Assembly: GCF_001194135.2 (NCBI RefSeq)
Contig: NC_068984.1
Coordinates: 75,768,418-75,820,495 of the forward strand
Direction: 5' to 3'
DNA length: 52,078 bases
Source: Octopus bimaculoides
Taxonomy: Eukaryota
The position numbers and the translations under genes were made by a program. A model generated the notes under the pieces. It saw nothing but the letters and a program-made list of their open reading frames with translations, ran no database searches and had not been told where the DNA came from. Shown here one piece after another: positions 47,685-52,078 of the stretch (the first letter of the stretch is position 1; each line of letters begins with the position of its first letter).

Positions 47685-48571
47685 TTTAAAATAAACGTTC
47701 ACAAAGTAAGATTGGGATCCAACCTCTTTGGCAATCTTTATGTAACGATTTGATGTAACCAAGGGTTTGAAGAAGCAATAGTGAGAAGCCCTTTAAGAGC
47801 AAACCCGTGTTTGTGATACTAAATAAATAGATAGATAAATAAATAAATAAATAAATAAGACCTTGAGGAAACTAATGGTGATCTGTGTAAAAAAAATCAT
47901 GTAGTTGACAAGTTTCATAACTTTATTAGAACTGTTTTCAGATAAGTTACGAAAAACGATAGAAGCCATTTTTTTCATTGTGTATGTGTGTGTGCGCGCG
48001 CGCGTATGCGTGAGAGAGAGAGAGAGAGGAGAGGTGAGATGTGGGTACGAACATCCTTTGAAGGAACGTAAACTTATTTACTAGAGGCGTTCTTCATCCA
48101 AGAAGCGGAAACACACAAACATTTATGTTTCCTAAATTGGTCTACATACTGGTGCGTCAGTGAAAAGTTAGTGTACATTTATGAGAAAAAATATATAGCA
48201 ACAGAACGAAAGTGTTATACTTCATAATGTCTCTAGGATATGAAATATAGGAATGACATAGATTAAATGCTTAATTCTTAGATTATCTGGTCGTAGATAA
48301 TGAAATCAAATCTACTGCAGGCATTTCGTTTTGTTTCTGGGTTTTGTTACATGATTACTATTTTACATTGCCTCAGTTCTCATAGATAGGTGCCCGATAA
48401 TCCTGGAAAAGTGGGTGATTCTTAATTTCATTAATACTTTTAATTCCTGAAGGTCAAAGATTTTACTATTTGTTACATCAATGTGCGGCATGAAAAGAAA
48501 ATGTTATCATTTTGGCTTCGATTGCTTTACATGACATCTGAAAACAGTTCTTAAATATGGATGAGTTCGTC

Positions 48572-48810
48572 GGCGGTAACATAGCTGTGTGGTAGGAAGT
48601 TTGCTTCTCAACCACTTGGTTTCGGATTCAGTTCCACTGCATCGCAACTTGGGCAAATGTCTTCTCCTATAGCCTCAGGTCGACCAAAGCCTTGTGAGTG
48701 GATTTTGGTGAACGAAAACTGAAAGAAGGCCGTCGTATTTATCTATTTGTGCGTGTGTGTGTGTGTGTATGTGTGTGCGTGTGTGTGCGTGCGTGTGTGT
48801 GTGTGCGTGT
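48572..48810 (+). mobile_element. SINE family C, 5' half, running into a gap
   Basis: GCTGTGTGGTAGGAAGTTTGCTTCTCAACC...GGGCAAATGTCTTCTCCTATAGCCTCAGGTCGACCAAAGCCTTGTGAGTGG. Confidence 0.85.
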
Positions 48811-49173
48811 NNNNNNNNNNNNNNNNNNNNNNNNNNNNNNNNNNNNNNNNNNNNNNNNNNNNNNNNNNNNNNNNNNNNNNNNNNNNNNNNNNNNNNNNNN
48901 NNNNNNNNNNNNNNNNNNNNNNNNNNNNNNNNNNNNNNNNNNNNNNNNNNNNNNNNNNNNNNNNNNNNNNNNNNNNNNNNNNNNNNNNNNNNNNNNNNNN
49001 NNNNNNNNNNNNNNNNNNNNNNNNNNNNNNNNNNNNNNNNNNNNNNNNNNNNNNNNNNNNNNNNNNNNNNNNNNNNNNNNNNNNNNNNNNNNNNNNNNNN
49101 NNNNNNNNNNNNNNNNNNNNNNNNNNNNNNNNNNNNNNNNNNNNNNNNNNNNNNNNNNNNNNNNNNNNNNNNN

Positions 49174-49624
49174 ATAAGTAGTCAGCAAATGGATGAAATG
49201 CATAAGAAACTCCGACAACAGCCAGCATTAGTCAATAGAAAAGGACCAATACTTATCCACGAGAACGCTCGGCAGCACGTCACACAACTGACCCTGCAGA
49301 AGTTGAACGAATTGGGCTAGGAAACTTTGCCTCATCCGCCATACTCACCAGACCTCTCGCCTACCGACTACCACTTTTTCAAGCCTTTCGACAACTTCTT
49401 GCGTGAGAAATGCTTCAAAAACCAAGACGATGCCAAACACGCCTTCAACGACACCAAAACGCAGGATTTTTACGCTACTGGTATAAATAAACTTGTTTCG
49501 CGTTGGCAAAAGTGTGTTGATTCTGCTGGTGTTTATTTCGATTAATAAAGTTTTGTTTGAGCCGAGATATGTGCATCTGAATTTAGAGGTTAAAAACTGC
49601 AAGAACTTTCTTGACAACCTGATA
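49174..49624 (+). mobile_element. mariner transposon 3' part (D,D34D catalytic end and right TIR), inactivated
   Basis: NRKGPILIHENARQH...LNELG*ETLPHPPYSPDLSPTDYHFFKPFDNFL...RWQKCVDSAGVYFD*. Exactly 34 residues separate the second catalytic position (here E) from the last D. Ends AAAACTGCAAGAACTTTCTTGACAACCTGA-TA. Confidence 0.92.
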
Positions 49625-50748
49625 ATAACATTATCATTAATGATAATTTCTAATATATGCTCAAGTCCACACGTTTAGGGAGTTAGTTGATGAAATTGTA
49701 ATCGGAATTAACAAGTATTTTATTTAATCGATCTCAAATTGTTGAAAGTCAAAGTTGATCTCGGCGAGATTTGAACTCAGAAATGTAAACGGCTTTCACT
49801 AAACACCAGAAAGAATTTTATCCGACGTTCTACTCTACTAATCCATCTCCTCTGTAATAATTTCTAAAATAGGCATATGGCCATACATTTGGAGAAAAAG
49901 ACTCAATGGCTCATACATGAGTCTATAGACCGCGAACGGAGGAAAGGCAAGTTTGACCTCAACAGCATTTGAACACGGGGCGAAAAGTGACGTAACTAAA
50001 TATGATGACATATGTTTTCGTCTGTTGTTCTAACGATTTTGCCAAGGTATCCCCATTCTGTTGGAAATATTTTCGATGTTCCTAACTACCTCGACACATA
50101 CTTTAATATCTGAATGCAAGGTAAGAGAAACTGTGATGTTGTGACATTCATGGGTTTCTTAAAGACGGAAGTTAAGAGAAATTGTAACAATAAGATCAGT
50201 ACTGATCGAGCAGGCCTATACTCAAAGGCTCTCCAGTGGTCACTACACTGTCCTTTTCTTTTCAAGTAGAGTTTATCTAACACTACATTGTACATTGCAC
50301 CTTTTACTTTTCTGAGACGACTTGATGGAATATGACGGCAATATAGCTGCTATTTCTGGCAGGTTGAGTAACCACATATAGTCACATTTGTTACTACGTT
50401 CCTGCGTTGTTAAGCCCTTGGTCAACGTTGACTTTGGAAACCTATAATTAAAGATATTCTAGTTATAGCCATCCTACCTTTATTTTCATAGCAGCGGCAT
50501 ATATTTGTTATTGTCAGGTGTGCCCTGTGAATGATTTTCATAAAATCGGTGAAGTATGAAACATTTTCTGTTGCACAACAGATCTGCGATAAAAATATCA
50601 ACACAACTTTCCTGCAACTGTCTGCACTCTGAATTATAAATCCCACAGAGACGATCATTGTTTTCATCCTTTCGAGGTGGATAAATAAAGTATCAGTATA
50701 GTACTGGACCAATTCTTCATTCTCTCTCTCTCACTGTTTGGCTGTGAT

Positions 50749-51200
50749 GTAGGTGCAAACGTGATTGTGTGGTAAGAAGCCTGCTTCTCAACCACATGGT
50801 TCCGGATACAGTGTCACTTTGTGGGTCCTTGGACAAGCGTCTTCTACTATAACCTCGAGCAGACCAGAACCTTGTGGGTGAATCTGATAGACGGAAGCTG
50901 AAAGAAGCCCGTCATATACAGGTGTGTGTGCACGCGTGTGCTTGTGTGTGTGTGTGTGAGTGGATGTGAGTGTGTGTGTGTGTGTCTTTGTTTTTGTGTT
51001 TGTCTCCCACCACCTCATGACAACCGGTGTTGGTGTGTTTACATTCTCGCAACTTAGCGGTTCTGCAAAAGAACCGATAGAATAAGTACGGATAGAATAG
51101 GCTTTAAAAAAAATAAGTAGTGCGGTAGATTCATTCGATTAAAAATTCAACGCAGTGCACTAGCATGACCGCAGTCTAATGACTCAAACAAGTAAAAAAT
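50749..51200 (+). mobile_element. SINE family C, full length
   Basis: Head, internal (GT)n and 3' half CGCAACTTAGCGGTTCTGCAAAAG...GCATGACCGCAGTCTAATGACTCAAACAAGTAAAA are all present. Confidence 0.85.
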
Positions 51201-51460
51201 ATATATATAAACTTTGGTGAGAAAACGCTGTACTGAGACGTGAACAAGGAGACACTAGACCAGGGTTCAATGCGTCGTGACATCGATTCTATTAGAAGTT
51301 GAGCCCCCAAAGCAGAGTGGCAACTATGTGATATGCGGTTATTAAATACGCTTTTATAAAAACAACGCATACTATTGTAACTATAGACTATTTGAGATCA
51401 ACATTAATTAATTGTAATAAAAATGTTACTGAAAGCAACACTGATATTATTAGACGTCCA

Positions 51461-51838
51461 AAGGCGGCGAGCTGGCAGAAACGTTAGCGACCAGGGCGAA
51501 ATGCTTAGCGGTATTTCGCCTGTCTTTACGTTCTGAGTTCAAATTCCACCGAGGTCGACTTTGCCTTTCATCCTTTCGGGATCGATAAATTAAGCACCAA
51601 AAAAATTTCGGACCTTGTGCCTACAGTAGAAAAGAATCGTTAGTGCACTGGACGAAATGTATAGCGGTATTTCGCCCTTCGCTACGTTCTGAGTTCAAAT
51701 TCCGCGAAGGTCGACTTTGCCATTCATCCTTTCGGGATCGATAAATTAAGTACCAGTTGAACCCTGGGATCGATGTAATCGACTAGTTCCCTCCCCAAAA
51801 ATGTCAGGCTTTGTGCCTATAGTAGAGAGGATTATTAG
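51461..51838 (+). mobile_element. SINE family B head-to-tail dimer flanked by one 15-bp TSD
   Basis: Unit 1 ~51461-51637 (internal deletion); unit 2 ~51638-51838 (lacks the first ~20 nt of the head). Flanks ATTATTAGACGTCCA (51446-51460) and ATTATTACACGTCCA (51839-51853). Confidence 0.85.
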
Positions 51839-52009
51839 ATTATTACACGTCCATATATGTGTATGTGTAGATATATGGACGTATATATAAACAAACACAT
51901 ACACACACACACACACACATATGTGTGTGGGTGTGTGTGTGTATACACATACATGTGTACATATAAATATGAATGTATGTACGCACGTACACATAAATAA
52001 ATATATGTA

Positions 52010-52078
52010 TACGATGGTCTTCTTTCAGTTTCCGTCTGCCAAATCCACTTGCTATAGTAAAAGACACTTACCTAAGGT
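52010..52078 (-). mobile_element. SINE family C fragment at the window edge
   Basis: CTTCTTTCAGTTTCCGTCTGCCAAATCCAC...GCTATAGTAAAAGACACTT. Confidence 0.75.

Overview
AT-rich, gap-ridden eukaryotic genomic window that is intergenic or deep intronic. The repeat families (tRNA-headed SINEs, Dong/R4-type and CR1-type LINE debris, mariner/Tc1 relics, very dense (TA)n/(CATA)n/(AAT)n/(AGT)n/(AGAT)n microsatellites) are most consistent with an octopus genome; this is an inference from recalled repeat families, not a database match. I found no supportable host protein-coding exon, tRNA/rRNA gene or CRISPR array. Almost all listed ORFs are microsatellite or N-gap artefacts, and the few meaningful translations are transposon remnants. 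The most notable signal is non-coding: four sequence-distinct hammerhead-ribozyme (HHR) motifs. One has a complete type I core (38218-38267, minus) at the head of a hairpin-rich ~250-bp island that I cannot assign to a known repeat. Two lie in Penelope-like terminal-repeat remnants (13289-13333, 35015-35051). One degenerate motif sits in the loop of a 400-bp foldback (36845-37244). Other highlights: an exact Sox-POU composite motif (34160-34174) in a repeat-free block, a SINE array with the same ~15-bp spacer repeated four times (35677-36264), and a compound duplication/inversion around a Dong/R4 5' region (21555-22704). SINE family labels A-F are my own working labels.
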